From assembly GCA_002269645.1 (NCBI GenBank), contig NIVC01001442.1, forward strand, positions 1 to 60,520: 60,520 bases of DNA, written 5' to 3'. The notes beneath the pieces are model-generated. The model did no database searches, was not told the DNA's origin, and saw nothing but the letters and a program-made list of their open reading frames with translations. Positions 24,526-38,500 of the stretch are shown piece after piece. This DNA comes from Macrostomum lignano (lineage: Eukaryota). Each line of letters begins with the position of its first letter. Position 1 is the stretch's first letter. The position numbers and the translations under genes are program-made.

Positions 24526-25073
24526 TGCAGCTGAACTGCAGCTGAACTGCAGCTGAACTGCAGCTGAACTGCAGCTGAACTGCAGCTGAACTGCAGCTGA
24601 ACTGCAGCTGAACTGCAGCTGAACTGCAGCTGAACTCGAGCTGAACTGCAGCTGAACTGCAGCTGAACTGCAGCTGAACTGCAGCTGAACTGCAGCTGAA
24701 CTGCAGCTGAACTGCAGCTGAACTGCAGCTGAACTGCAGCTGAACTGCAGCTGAACTGCAGCTGAACTGCAGCTGAACTGGAGCTGAACTGCAGCTGAAC
24801 TGCAGCTGAACTGCAGCTGAACTGCAGCTGAACTGCAGCTGAACTGCAGCTGAACTGCAGCTGAACTGCAGCTGAACTGCAGCTGAACTGCAGCTGAACT
24901 GCAGCTGAACTGCAGCTGAACTGCAGCTGAACTGGAGCTGAACTGCAGCTGAACTGCAGCTGAACTGCAGCTGAACTGCAGCTGAACTGCAGCTAAACTG
25001 CAGCTGAACTGGAGCTGAACTGCAGCTGAACTGCAGCTGAACTGAAGCTGAACTGCAGCTGAACTGCAGCTGA
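24526..25073. repeat. 11-bp minisatellite (CAGCTGAACTG)n, about 50 copies
   Basis: Nearly perfect array with a few single-base variants. Confidence 0.97.
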
Positions 25074-28045
25074 GGCTGAAAAGAAGATGGACTTTGAACT
25101 GTATGGGACGATGGAAAGTCGCAACCGAAATGCGAAGCCGCTCAAGCGCAGTGCAACGCCACCCCATATGGGTTGGAGCGCTACTGACAAGCCCATTTCG
25201 CAGTCCCACCCCAATCTTTATCATCAGGCTCATCGACGTGTCTTTATTTTGATTTTCGACAAAGCGGCAAATTTTTGCTTAAACTGGCTGCTCGCTAAAA
25301 GACTGCTTTTAAAAAAAATTGCACGCGAGCAACCAATCCACACGGCTTCCCCTATCTTGTTAAACCATCTAGGTCAGCTTCCCTGCTCCATCTTTCTCTT
25401 ATTTAACCAGAGGCCCCCCTCTGGGTCCAGCAGTTCGGGGGCGCAGTTTGGGAAGAAGATGAAGGCGAAAAAGGATGTGAAAAAATATACAGAAAGCGGG
25501 CGGGGAGAGCGCGTGAGGATATGGGGCGGCATGCGACGGAAGGAGGCTGGAGTGGTCGGGGGGGCTTGAAGGATGGGATAAACACTGCAAGGGGGCGAAG
25601 AATGTTCCCGGCAGGAGGAGCTGAGAGGCGGGAGTGACTGAGGGGCTGGAAAGGGGAAATGAGGGGGGGGGCGGGCGGGACCATTAACGCTAACCGAAAG
25701 CCTTCGGACAGATTATTGATCAAAGTGGGGGCGCTTCAATACAATCGGGCCAACTGCTCCGAGCAGCTCATCATCTCTGAGACGCCCCCTGCCTTCCTGC
25801 GCTCCCATCCCGGGCCTCCCCGTCTCTCGCTCACTCGACACTCTCCCCGGCACATTTCTACTCTAATCCATCTCACCCTTCTAAGTGTCGCGCTCGAATA
25901 TTTTCTGACTTATGTCTCTTGGTCTTTACCGCACTATGATTAGCTCTCCCGGTCTCACTCCGCTCCTATCTAACTCTCAGTACCACATCTATCCTCTCTT
26001 CTTATCTCACCGGCATATCTATATCCCCCTCTTCCCACCTCTGTTTCCGCTCTCTTCCCATCTCCTTCTTTCACTCATCTCATCTCAGTCAGGTTTTCGT
26101 GAAAGTCACGGCCCTGAGACTTGAAGATTTGTTGACCATTCAGCGGCCACTCCGGCTTCTTCATCATTTTCTCATACCAGCCGCCCCCATGCCAGGGGAT
26201 CGGGGAGCGAGCATTGAGCCGCTAAGCTCAGCATAGCAGTCGGGGATTTCAAACAAGACAAGAATTTCCCCTCTCCTCGGCCCCTGCTTCGAGCAAATAA
26301 AGAAAGACGAGAAGGAGAAATAGTCAAAAAAGAAGATAAAGGATGCAAGACAGAAAACTAATCAAGGCCTTCATCGCGTTTGCCACATTTTCTTTGATAT
26401 GCTTTGCCTTCTCTCTCCGAGCCCAGTCCGCGGCAATCCGCAGTCATTTCTCAGATATTTTATTAGTCCAAACAGTCCGGGCGTATCCACCCGGACTTGC
26501 TCTCGTGGGGCTGGAGAGCGGATTTGCTTCTTGAAAGTTTTCTTCCACACTGGAAGTTCGCAGCACCAGCGCACGCGGCGACGGCGAGCAAAAGGGGGGG
26601 GCGGCGTTGGGAGCAGGACGTATATGAGTGAAGAGAGGGAAGGGCTCATCGTCTGCAATAATCCCAAAGCCCCCCCCCCCAACCCAGATCCTACGTGACA
26701 ACACACAACACTTCTCCCTGGCCCCTGTGTCTCGCTGCCTCTCTTTCCAGCTCTCTGAAATGAGATCGGGGGGGGAGAGCTTTTTGGAGCTTTTTGACTG
26801 AGTCAACATTCTTCTCAGTCTCCGCAGCCTCCCCTTCTCCTTCATCGTGAGCCAGAGCGAGCATGGCGGGCAAACTGGCATCCGAGAGGCATCTCTGTTC
26901 CCATCTCTCCACTCCCTTATTCTCCAGTCCTGTCTCGCCTTCTCGCAATCTGAGCAGACACTCATTGAGCCTGTTGGATCGCTCGAGGCAATGAAGGCCG
27001 GAATAGGGCTGGCGAGAAAGGGACAGGCAGATTGGCTCTCGCAAAAAAGATGGCATGAATCGCAAAATAGGGAGGCTTGTTGAGCACGAAAATCAAAATG
27101 GGAATTCATGCACTCAGAGACCCCTCTGCCTGTCGGCTTTGAGAATCCGCCCGACCTCTTCAGCTCGTACTCCCCTGAATTTCAATTCCATTTCTAATAA
27201 TGGGAGGTGGATTTTGGTGTTCCCACAAAATGCGGATCCCTTGTTCTCGGGATGAATTCTGTTTTCAACTGAGGATCTTATCGTCTCCGGTCTGCACTAC
27301 AAAGCTGCTTCAGTCTGTCACGGCTCTGGCGCGTTACTTTTCTCGGTCAATACTTCGCCAACTTGTGCAGCCATGAACTTTATTGAGGCAGCAAGAAAAT
27401 TTAATGTCTACAGGTGTCAACTGTGGGAACTTGGCACGGCTGTGAAAGAAGGTCGGGGGGGGGGGCGGCAGCTGCGCTGTTGCATGGGAATATGGGAAGT
27501 TGTGGGAAATGAGAGTTTGATCGGGTGAAGGGGAGTCTGTTTGAGCTGACTAGGGGAGGGTCAGAGCAGCGCCTCTCCGGCGCCTCAATTCGGATTTCGT
27601 TCCGGAACTCCAGAGATGGGAAATGAAATGAGGCGTGAACAAGTGCGCCGGCAGCACATGGGAGAGAGAGGGGGGACCGAGGGCGGAGACACGAGTGAGT
27701 CATTGTTTGTCCACGTGAACCGGCATCAGCGAGTCTGCGGCTGATGGCGGCGTGTTTTTTCACACCCTCCTGCCTATTCATTCTGATTCCCCTTGAATTT
27801 TTATCATACTTCTCGGCTCTCGAGTCCCCATCAGCGTTGGGGGAAGAGAATAAATTTAGGCGGAGGAACAGGAAAGCCGGCCAACACACCTGGCTCCCAC
27901 GGATTAGCTGTGGCAGGGAGAGAGATTGAACTCGCTAGGAGATAAGCAGGTGGCCGGGCGGAAGCACCGCTGAGTGCTGTGAGGACTGTACAGCACTGCT
28001 CTGAGCTCGGTGGTGTGCAGTGCAGGATTAATCCAGTGCACAGTG

Positions 28046-28649
<604 letters not shown>

Positions 28650-29074
28650 ATACTCAGGAAAGTGCAAAGGTTCTATTTTACACCAACAGAGGCAGTAATC
28701 CGGAGTGGGCAGCCCAACAAGAAGTGCTACGGAGATGCGTGTTAATCCCGCAGGCTCAAATAAAGCGTGCACTAATTAGACACATCCCCACAGTCATGAG
28801 AACCAGCAGGGCGTAGACGGGGTTGACAAACCGGCCGCTCCAGCCAGCGGAGCAATCTGCATCGACACTTCCCAGTGGCTCATTGGATTGTCGTTATTGT
28901 GTTGGCGGAATTTCTGGCACTCAACTGCCTGCAGACTGAAGATGCGCGGGCTACTTTGAACAATTTTAATGGCGGATCGCGTTAGCGACTTTGCTGAAAA
29001 ATATTTTCTAACCAAGCGACTGCGATGCATGTTTGCTCTGTGCCAGTCTATTAGCCAGTCTGATTGTGAGATTC

Positions 29075-29497
29075 TACCAGTCTCACTGTGAGATTCTAAC
29101 AGTCTCACTGTGAGATTCTGCCAGTCTCACTGTGAGATTCTGCCAGTCTCACTGTGAGATTCTGCCAGTCTCATTGTGAGATTCTACCAGTCTCACTGTG
29201 AGATCCTGCCAGTCTCATTGTGAGATTCTACCAGTCTCACTGTGAGATCCTGCCAGTCTCACTGTGAGATTCTGCCAGTCTCATTGTGAGATTTCACCAG
29301 TCTCAATGTGATATTCTGTCAGTCTCAGTGAGATTCTGCCAGTCTCACTATGAGATTCTGCCAGTCTTACCGTGAGATGCTGCAAGTCTCACTGTGAGAT
29401 ACTGCCAGTCTCACTGTGAGATTCTGCCAGTCTTACCGTGAGATTCTGCAAGTCTCACTGTGAGATCCTGTCAGTCTCACTGTGAGATTCTGCCAGT
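29075..29497. repeat. 22-bp minisatellite (GTCTCACTGTGAGATTCTGCCA)n
   Basis: About 19 copies, each with a TCTCAC-T-GTGAGA palindromic core. Confidence 0.93.
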
Positions 29498-29943
29498 CCT
29501 TTAGCCAGTTTCACTCCGAGACTGTACCAGCCACATGGATCATTAGCAGAAGAGTCAGTTGTTAAGAAGTGCCTTTTTTTGTCCAATCGTATTGAAATTC
29601 AATGCCACTGACTGAAGTTCAGGGCGCAGGGTTCTTTTTCAAAGCTAACACTGCCGCTGCCTGCCATTGCGATGGATGTCTGGAGAGCAATCAGCGATTA
29701 AACCTGCTTTAATTGCGACACCTTTTAGTGAGCGATTCACTCCGAGAGCAACCCGACACCTTGAGTCGATTGTGTTTAATTTGCTTGAGCATCTTTCAGT
29801 AGCTACGGATGTCGGGTTTGCTCTGACCCGAGTGATCAGTCAGTTCTGGCGTTGCCATGTAGTCTGGATGTTTGGTTGTCTGTCTTAGCGCCTATATGTC
29901 CAAATGGTGTCCGTCTTAGTGTCCGTCTTAGTGTCTGTTGTCC

Positions 29944-30235
29944 CTCTATCTCCCCATCCCCTTATCTCCCCATCCCCTTATCTCCCCATCCCTCTATCTC
30001 CCCATCCCTCTATCTCCCCATCCCTCTATCTCCCCATCCCTCTATCTCCCCATCCGCCTATCTCCCCATCCCCCTATTTCCCACCCCCATTTCCCTATCT
30101 CCCCATCCCCTATATCTCCCATCCCCAAATCTACCCATTCCCAAATCTCCCCATCCCTATCTCCCCATCCCCTATATCTCCCATCCCCAAATCTACCCAT
30201 TCCCAAATCTCTCCATCCCTATCTCCCGACCATCT
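29944..30235. repeat. 16-17-bp pyrimidine-rich minisatellite (CTATCTCCCCATCCCT)n
   Basis: Visible copies; the 3' part shows a duplicated longer unit containing CAAATCTACCCATTCCCAAAT. Confidence 0.88.
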
Positions 30236-30327
30236 CAGACTCGAGTACGCTCGCTGTCTCACTTACAGTCGCACCAGCGGAAAGGCGCGAGGAGAATATA
30301 TGCAGTGTGTTGCGGCAGAGCGGCACG

Positions 30328-30330
30328 CAG

Positions 30331-30420
<90 letters not shown>

Positions 30421-30431
30421 ACAGACAGACA
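30328..30431. repeat. (GCAG)n grading into (ACAG)n
   Basis: Direct reading. Confidence 0.95.
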
Positions 30432-30590
30432 GCTCTAGCGGATATGCTGATATGTTTGGCTTACTCCCCTCTCCCTCTCCACTACCCGGCATCAAACGTA
30501 TTTGCAGCCCCACGCATGTTTGACACCGCCCCCGGCTTAAACACCGAGATTTCGCAAAGGTCAGCACTTTCGCACGCAATCTCGCCGTGT

Positions 30591-30594
<4 letters not shown>

Positions 30595-30637
<43 letters not shown>
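30595..30637. repeat. (AG)n microsatellite
   Basis: Direct reading. Confidence 0.95.
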
Positions 30638-30640
<3 letters not shown>

Positions 30641-31456
30641 GTGGGTTTCGACGCAAAGCGTTTGAAGGCTTCGGGGAGCTGCCGTGTGACGGGTGCGGAA
30701 AACTTCTGCTTCAATTTAATTAGGCCCGACTAGCAGGCGCAGGCAGAGAGGGACCTGCGGAGCCGGCCAAGATGGACGGATGTCCCAACCCAAGTCCGAA
30801 CGCGTTCAAAATCACTCACTAACTTCTTCCCAAATATCCACCCAATCCACTGTCCGCACTCTCAAACAGGCCGAGCCCATAGAGAGTATGCATTGGCGAG
30901 GCGGAACCCCCCCCTCACCGGTAAGTGAAAGGTGGAAATGGAAAATGGACAGAGAGAGAGAGGCGCCGCAACCAGGCGCGAGAGCCGTCAAGGGTGGGAA
31001 AATAAACAGATGATATTTTTGGGACGCGAGGCAAGTTTCCACGGAGGCGAAAGTGGCACGGCTGGCTTGTTAAGTGTGTAAGAGCGAAGTTGAGGTTGGC
31101 TTGAAAGTAACCAACCTGTCACGGAGGGGACTGCCATTACCATCGAGCTTCTGCCTACCTACCGCGGCTTCAGCGCTGGTAAATACAGCGATTTCCAGCA
31201 AAGAAGCCTGCAGGACTGGATGAAGTCCAAGCCATGCACTTTCCATGCTTAGTGGGCGAGCAGGTGGGGGAACTCCAGGTGCTCACAGCTTGATTGGAGC
31301 GCAATCAATTCTTTGTAAGACGAGACCCGCTTGCGCTGGGCTTGCTTGGAAATCGATTTCCATTGCGAATGCGTAAAATCACCGCTAGTCTGCTGACGAG
31401 ACAGCTCAAAAATGACTCGTCAAGGGCGTCGTCAGAAATGGATTAGATGAGTCAGA

Positions 31457-31720
31457 ATAGCTTAGCACTCAGGCTAGCCGGAATGAGTGAAATTCATTAG
31501 TAGCTTAGCACTGGCCTCAGGCTAGCGGGAGTGAAATTCATTAGTAGCTTAGCACTGGCCTCAGGCTAGCCGAAATGAGTGAAATTCATTAGTAGCTTAG
31601 CACTGGCCTCAGGCTAGCTGGAGTGAAATTCATTAGTAGCTTAGCACTGGCCTCAGGCTAGCCGGAATGAGTGAAATTCATTAGTAGCTTAGCACTGGCC
31701 TCAGGCTAGCCGGAATGAAG
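31457..31720. repeat. 43-48-bp minisatellite (TAGCTTAGCACTGGCCTCAGGCTAGCCGGAATGAGTGAAATTCATTAG)n
   Basis: About 5-6 copies with a 5-nt indel polymorphism. Confidence 0.9.
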
Positions 31721-32312
31721 CTTCAGTAGTGCTAAGCATATTTTTAGAGCTGGCTAAAAATGATGCAGATCAAAATGCCTAGCGACAGAATTTTTTTCGA
31801 TTTGCATTGCTTTAGAGTTTTAGGATTGAACAGCAACAGGAAAATGCGCCAAGGAGTCGCATTTCACTGAGGATTCTGCTTTTACTGCGAGAGAAAATAA
31901 AATTTCTTAGCCGCCCCGGTCTCGCCGCACCGCTTCAATAAATTTCCCCTCTCACAAGGAATAAAAAGGGGAGGTCAGAATGGAGAGAATTATGAAGGCG
32001 GAAGAAGCAGTTTCCATGCGGAGAGCTCTGGGGCCGGGCAGGCGGGGGACAGTCGAAGCGAATAAAATCACTAAAGGAGGCAGCCGCTCGGGCTCGTGAT
32101 TTAATGAGCTCGCGCTAGCCGCCGTACGCATCGGGTCGGCTTTTGCCGCTCAGTGACCTGGCCGCCCCGCCTCCAGGGGGGTCTTAAATTAGCAGACTTG
32201 ATTGGAATTGTTACTCTTCAGCGCTGGCCTGAATCCGCGATTTTGAAATCACCGATGCACACGGGTATCTGGTGATGAAAAATTGTGGTTTGGGTATGGT
32301 AACCCCGACACT

Positions 32313-32558
<246 letters not shown>

Positions 32559-32566
32559 CTCTTACG

Positions 32567-35500
32567 ACTGTCTGTGTGTTTAGCGGGACCTGAGTTATGT
32601 TAATGCGTTATGTGGACCACGCAATTCCGGTTAAAAAATAGAGTCTGTTTTGACAACGCGAAAGGCTAGCTAGGGTTATCTTTTTGTTAACTTGACGGAA
32701 TAGCCAGTTCGGGGAAACTGTGGTGGTTCACTAACTACGTTTTGGGGACCGGGTTAGGTGGACCGCAAAAAAACAGTTGGTTTAGTTAGACCTCTTTCGT
32801 TGTAGAAAATTTATTGCTTTAAACTGTTCTTTTGAACTAATTAAAACAGAAATTCTCAAAAAGAACAGATAAAAGCGTTACGACGTCATTTAATGAAAAT
32901 ATCCCAAATTCAAACCAATTTATTTAGCATTACTAATCAGGTTAATCGGGTTAAACAAATGTACGATCGCATTAGTTAGTTGCGTCGCGTGAATACAAGA
33001 AGGTGAATGAAAATAAAGCATTTTGAAAAAAAATACCGAATCATATCAAATACTAACTGTAAACTCATTAAAACTAATTTAGGTCAAAATGTATGCTTCA
33101 AATACATGTTAACAAACGTAAGATTCCATTAGTTAAAAAAGGTCATCCGAGTACGAGCCTACAAGAAGTTGAAGGGCATTTTTAATAACGACAAAAGTTA
33201 CTGAAACTGAAATTAAATTGATTTGACTACACCAGTCCTATTATACTGAATGAGTTGGTGAGCAATCATATGATAAGCCAATCATTTTACCGACTTTCAT
33301 CTTTTCGTTCACGCAGATGATGGCAGATGATCTTCTTATTTTTTCTACGAAATATTCTCCTGGACCTTCCCTGCCTCCGTGGTCCGAGACCGCTTCTGTT
33401 ATTGATCTGTCATTGCCTCTCTCACGAATTTCAGCTTACTCAGCCATCGAATCCGCTTTCGTCAGCTCAGCTCTATGATGAACCTTTCTATATTTCTCGT
33501 CAATTAGTGGTTTGAATCTTCTTTTACAGTTCGTTTTAACCTTCATCTCGGTGAAACGCAGTCAGTCTCGTCGAGCTCAGGCGAACAAAATCAACCACAG
33601 GCTCCTACAAAGGTAAAAAATAAAATTAACTGACAATCAAACAGACACAGAAATCTGTTCCAGTTGTGTCTGTAGGTTAGGTGGACCACCTTCCGAGAGC
33701 AAAAGCCTCAAACAGACTGAGAGAGCTGCTTCAGTTGTGTCTGTAGGTTATGTGGACCACCTAAGAGCCAGAGCCTCAAACAGACAGAGAAATCTGTTCG
33801 AGTTGTGTCTGTAGGTTAGGTGGACCAGCTACTCCACAGCACTTCTAGGCGATAATCTGAGCCAGGAATCTCCGAGAGCCTCTCGTTACACATCCAGATG
33901 TTCTGCCTTGATGCTGGACTAGCTCACTTTCTAGGAATCTGTTCTGATTGTATTCTAACAAACTGAAGCATTCTCGGCACTAAACTTTCTCGGCGGCTCT
34001 AAGAGCCAGAGCCTCAAACAGACAGAGAAATCTGTTCGAGTTGTGTCTGTAGGTTAGGTGGACCAGCTACTCCACAGCACTTCTAGACGATAATCTGAGC
34101 CAGGAATCTCCGAGAGCCTCTCGTTACGCATCCAGATGTTCTGCCTTGATGCTGGACTAGCTCACTTTCTAGGAATCTGTTCTGATTGCATTCTAACAAA
34201 CTGAAGCATTCTCGGCACTAAACTTTCTCGGCGGCTCTGAGAGCCAGAGCCTCAAACAGACAGAGAAATCTGTTCGAGTTGTGTCTGTAGGTTAGGTGGA
34301 CCAGCTACTCCACAGCACTTCTAGGCGATAATCTGAGCCAGGAATCTCCAAAAGCCTCTCGTTACACATCCAGATGTTCTGCCTTGATGCTGCATGGACT
34401 AGCTCACTTTCTAGGAATCTGTTCTGATTGCATTCTAACAAACTGAAGCATTCTCGGCACTAAACTTTCTCGGCGGCTCTGAGAGCCAGAGCCTAAACAG
34501 ACAGAGAAATCTGTTCGAGTTGTGTCTGTAGGTTAGGTGGACCAGCTACTCCACAGCACTTCTAGGCGATAATCTGAGCCAGGAATCTCCGAGAGACTTT
34601 CGTTACACATCCAGATGTTCTGCCTTGATGCTGGACTAGCTCACTTTCTAGGAATCTGTTCTGATTGCATTCTAACAAACTGAAGCATTTTCTGCACTAA
34701 ACTTTCTCGGCGGCTCTGAGAGCCAGAGCCCTAAACAGACAGAGAAATCTGTTCGAGATGTGTCTGTAGGTTATGTGGACCACCTTCTGAGAGCCAAAGC
34801 CTCAAACAGACTGAGAGAGCTGCTTCAGTTGTGTCTGTAGGTTATGTGGACCACCTAAGAGCCAGAGCCTCAAACAGACAGAGAAATCTGTTCGAGTTGT
34901 GTCTGTAGGTTAGGTGGACCAGCTACTCCACAGCACTTCTAGGCGATAATCTGAGCCAGGAATCTCCGAGAGCCTCTCGTTACACATCCAGATGTTCTGC
35001 CTTGATGCTGGACTAGCTCACTTTCTAAGATTCTGTTCTGATTGCATTCTAACAAACTGAAGCATTCTCGGCACTAAACTTTCTCGGCGGCTCTGAGAGC
35101 CAGAGCCTAAACAGACAGAGAAATCTGTTCGAGTTGTGTCTGTAGGTTAGGTGGACCAGCTACTCCACAGCACTTCTAGACGATAATCTGAGCCAGGAAT
35201 CTCCAAAAGCCTCTCGTTACACATCCAGATGTTCTGCCTTAATGCTGGACTAGCTCACTTTCTAGGAATCTGTTCTGATTGTATTCTAACAAACTGAAGC
35301 ATTCTCGGCACTAAACTTTCTCGGCGGCTCTGAGAGCCAGAGCCTCAAACAGACAGAGAAATCTGTTCGAGTTGTGTCTGTAGGTTAGGTGGACCAGCTA
35401 CTCCACAGCACTTCTAGGCGATAATCTGAGCCAGGAATCTCCGAGAGCCTCTCGTTACACATCCAGATGTTCTGCCTTGATGCTGGACTAGCTCACTTTC

Positions 35501-38500
35501 TAGGAATCTGTTCTGATTGCATTCTAACAAACTGAAGCATTTTCTGCACTAAACTTTCTCGGCGGCTCTGAGAGCCAGAGCCTAAACAGACAGAGAAATC
35601 TGTTCGAGTTGTGTCTGTAGGTTATGTGGACCACCTTCTGAGAGCCAAAGCCTCAAACAGACTGAGAGAGCTGCTTCAGTTGTGTCTGTAGGTTATGTGG
35701 ACCACCTAAGAGCCAGAGCCTCAAACAGACAGAGAAATCTGTTCGAGTTGTGTCTGTAGGTTAGGTGGACCAGCTACTCCACAGCACTTCTAGACGATAA
35801 TCTGAGCCAGGAATCTCCGAGAGCCTCTCGTTACACATCCAGATGTTCTGCCTTAATGCTGGACTAGCTCACTTTCTAGGAATCTGTTCTGATTGCATTC
35901 TAACAAACTGAAGCATTTTCTGCACTAAACTTTCTCGGCGGCTCTGAGAGCCAGAGCCTCAAACAGACAGAGAAATCTGTTCGAGTTGTGTCTGTAGGTT
36001 AGGTGGACCAGCTACTCCACAGCACTTCTAGGCGATAATCTGAGCCAGGAGTCTCCAAGAGACTTTCGTTACACATCCAGATGTTCTGCCTTGATGCTGG
36101 ACTAGCTCACTTTCTAGGAATCTGTTCTGATTGCATTCTAACAAACTGAAGCATTTTCTGCACTAAACTTTCTCGGCGGCTCTGAGAGCCAGAGCCCTAA
36201 ACAGACAGAGAAATCTGTTCGAGTTGTGTCTGTAGGTTATGTGGACCACCTTCTGAGAGCCAAAGCCTCAAACAGACTGAGAGAGCTGCTTCAGTTGTGT
36301 CTGTAGGTTATGTGGACCACCTAAGAGCCAGAGCCTCAAACAGACAGAGAAATCTGTTCGAGTTGTGTCTGTAGGTTAGGTGGACCAGCTACTCCACAGC
36401 ACTTCTAGGCGATAATCTGAGCCAGGAATCTCCGAGAGCCTCTCGTTACACATCCAGATGTTCTGCCTTGATGCTGGACTAGCTCACTTTCTAAGAATCT
36501 GTTCTGATTGCATTCTAACAAACTGAAGCATTTTCTGCACTAAACTTTCTCGGCGGCTCTGAGAGCCAGAGCCTAAACAGACAGAGAAATCTGTTCGAGT
36601 TGTGTCTGTAGGTTAGGTGGACCAGCTACTCCACAGCACTTCTAGGCGATAATCTGAGCCAGGAATCTCCGAGAGCCTCTCGTTACACATCCAGATGTTC
36701 TGCCTTGATGCTGGACTAGCTCACTTTCTAAGAATCTGTTCTGATTGCATTCTAACAAACTGAAGCATTTTCTGCACTAAACTTTCTCGGCGGCTCTGAG
36801 AGCCAGAGCCTCAAACAGACAGAGAAATCTGTTCGAGTTGTGTCTGTAGGTTAGGTGGACCAGCTACTCCACAGCACTTCTAGGCGATAATCTGAGCCAG
36901 GAATCTCCGAGAGCCTCTCGTTACACATCCAGATGTTCTGCCTTGATGCTGGACTAGCTCACTTTCTAGGAATCTGTTCTGATTGCATTCTAACAAACTG
37001 AAGCATTTTCTGCACTAAACTTTCTCGGCGGCTCTGAGAGCCAGAGCCTCAAACAGACAGAGAAATCTGTTCGAGTTGTGTCTGTAGGTTAGGTGGACCA
37101 GCTACTCCACAGCACTTCTAGGCGATAATCTGAGCCAGGAATCTCCGAGAGCCTCTCGTTACACATCCAGATGTTCTGCCTTGATGCTGGACTAGCTCAC
37201 TTTCTAAGAATCTGTTCTGATTGCATTCTAACAAACTGAAGCATTTTCTGCACTAAACTTTCTCGGCGGCTCTGAGAGCCAGAGCCTAAACAGACAGAGA
37301 AATCTGTTCGAGTTGTGTCTGTAGGTTAGGTGGACCAGCTACTCCACAGCACTTCTAGGCGATAATCTGAGCCAGGAATCTCCGAGAGCCTCTCGTTACA
37401 CATCCAGATGTTCTGCCTTGATGCTGGACTAGCTCACTTTCTAGGAATCTGTTCTGATTGCATTCTAACAAACTGAAGCATTCTCGGCACTAAACTTTCT
37501 CGGCGGCTCTGAGAGCCAGAGCCTCAAACAGACAGAGAAATCTGTTCGAGTTGTGTCTGTAGGTTAGGTGGACCAGCTACTCCACAGCACTTCTAGGCGA
37601 TAATCTGAGCCAGGAATCTCCGAGAGCCTCTCGTTACACATCCAGATGTTCTGCCTTGATGCTGGACTAGCTCACTTTCTAGGAATCTGTTCTGATTGCA
37701 TTCTAACAAACTGAAGCATTTTCTGCACTAAACTTTCTCGGCGGCTCTGAGAGCCAGAGCCTCAAACAGACAGAAAAAATCTGTTCGAGTTGTGTCTGTA
37801 GGTTAGGTGGACCAGCTACTCCACAGCACTTCTAGGCGATAATCTGAGCCAGGAATCTCCGAGAGCCTCTCGTTACACATCCAGATGTTCTGCCTTGATG
37901 CTGGACTATCTCACTTTCTAAGAATCTGTTCTGATTGCATTCTAACAAACTGAAGCATTTTCTGCACTAAACTTTCTCGGCGGCTCTGAGAGCCAGAGCC
38001 TCAAACAGACAGAGAAATCTGTTCGATTTGTGTCTGTAGGTTAGGTGGACCAGCTACTCCACAGCACTTCTAGGCGATAATCTGAGCCAGGAATCTCCGA
38101 GAGCCTCTCGTTACACATCCAGATGTTCTGCCTTGATGCTGGACTATCTCACTTTCTAGGAATCTGTTCTGATTGCATTCTAACAAACTGAAGCATTTTC
38201 TGCACTAAACTTTCTCGGCGGCTCTGAGAGCCAGAGCCTAAACAGACAGAGAAATCTGTTCGAGTTGTGTCTGTAGGTTAGGTGGACCAGCTACTCCACA
38301 GCACTTCTAGGCGATAATCTGAGCCAGGAATCTCCGAGAGCCTCTCGTTACACATCCAGATGTTCTGCCTTGATGCTGGACTATCTCACTTTCTAGGAAT
38401 CTGTTCTGATTGCATTCTAACAAACTGAAGCATTTTCTGCACTAAACTTTCTCGGCGGCTCTGAGAGCCAGAGCCTAAACAGACAGAGAAATCTGTTCGA

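Noticed and set aside
24421-25233. 270 aa ORF (CSSAAVQLQFS)n
   Set aside because: Translation of the 11-bp array; the unit happens to lack stops on that strand.
33765-34002. Hammerhead ribozyme in the satellite monomer (as in schistosome and newt satellites)
   Set aside because: No CTGAnGA core on either strand of the unit (nearest are CTGAAGC, CTGATTG and CTGAGAG). CTGATGA hits elsewhere (for example near 12022 and 42922) lack a stem II plus GAAA arrangement.
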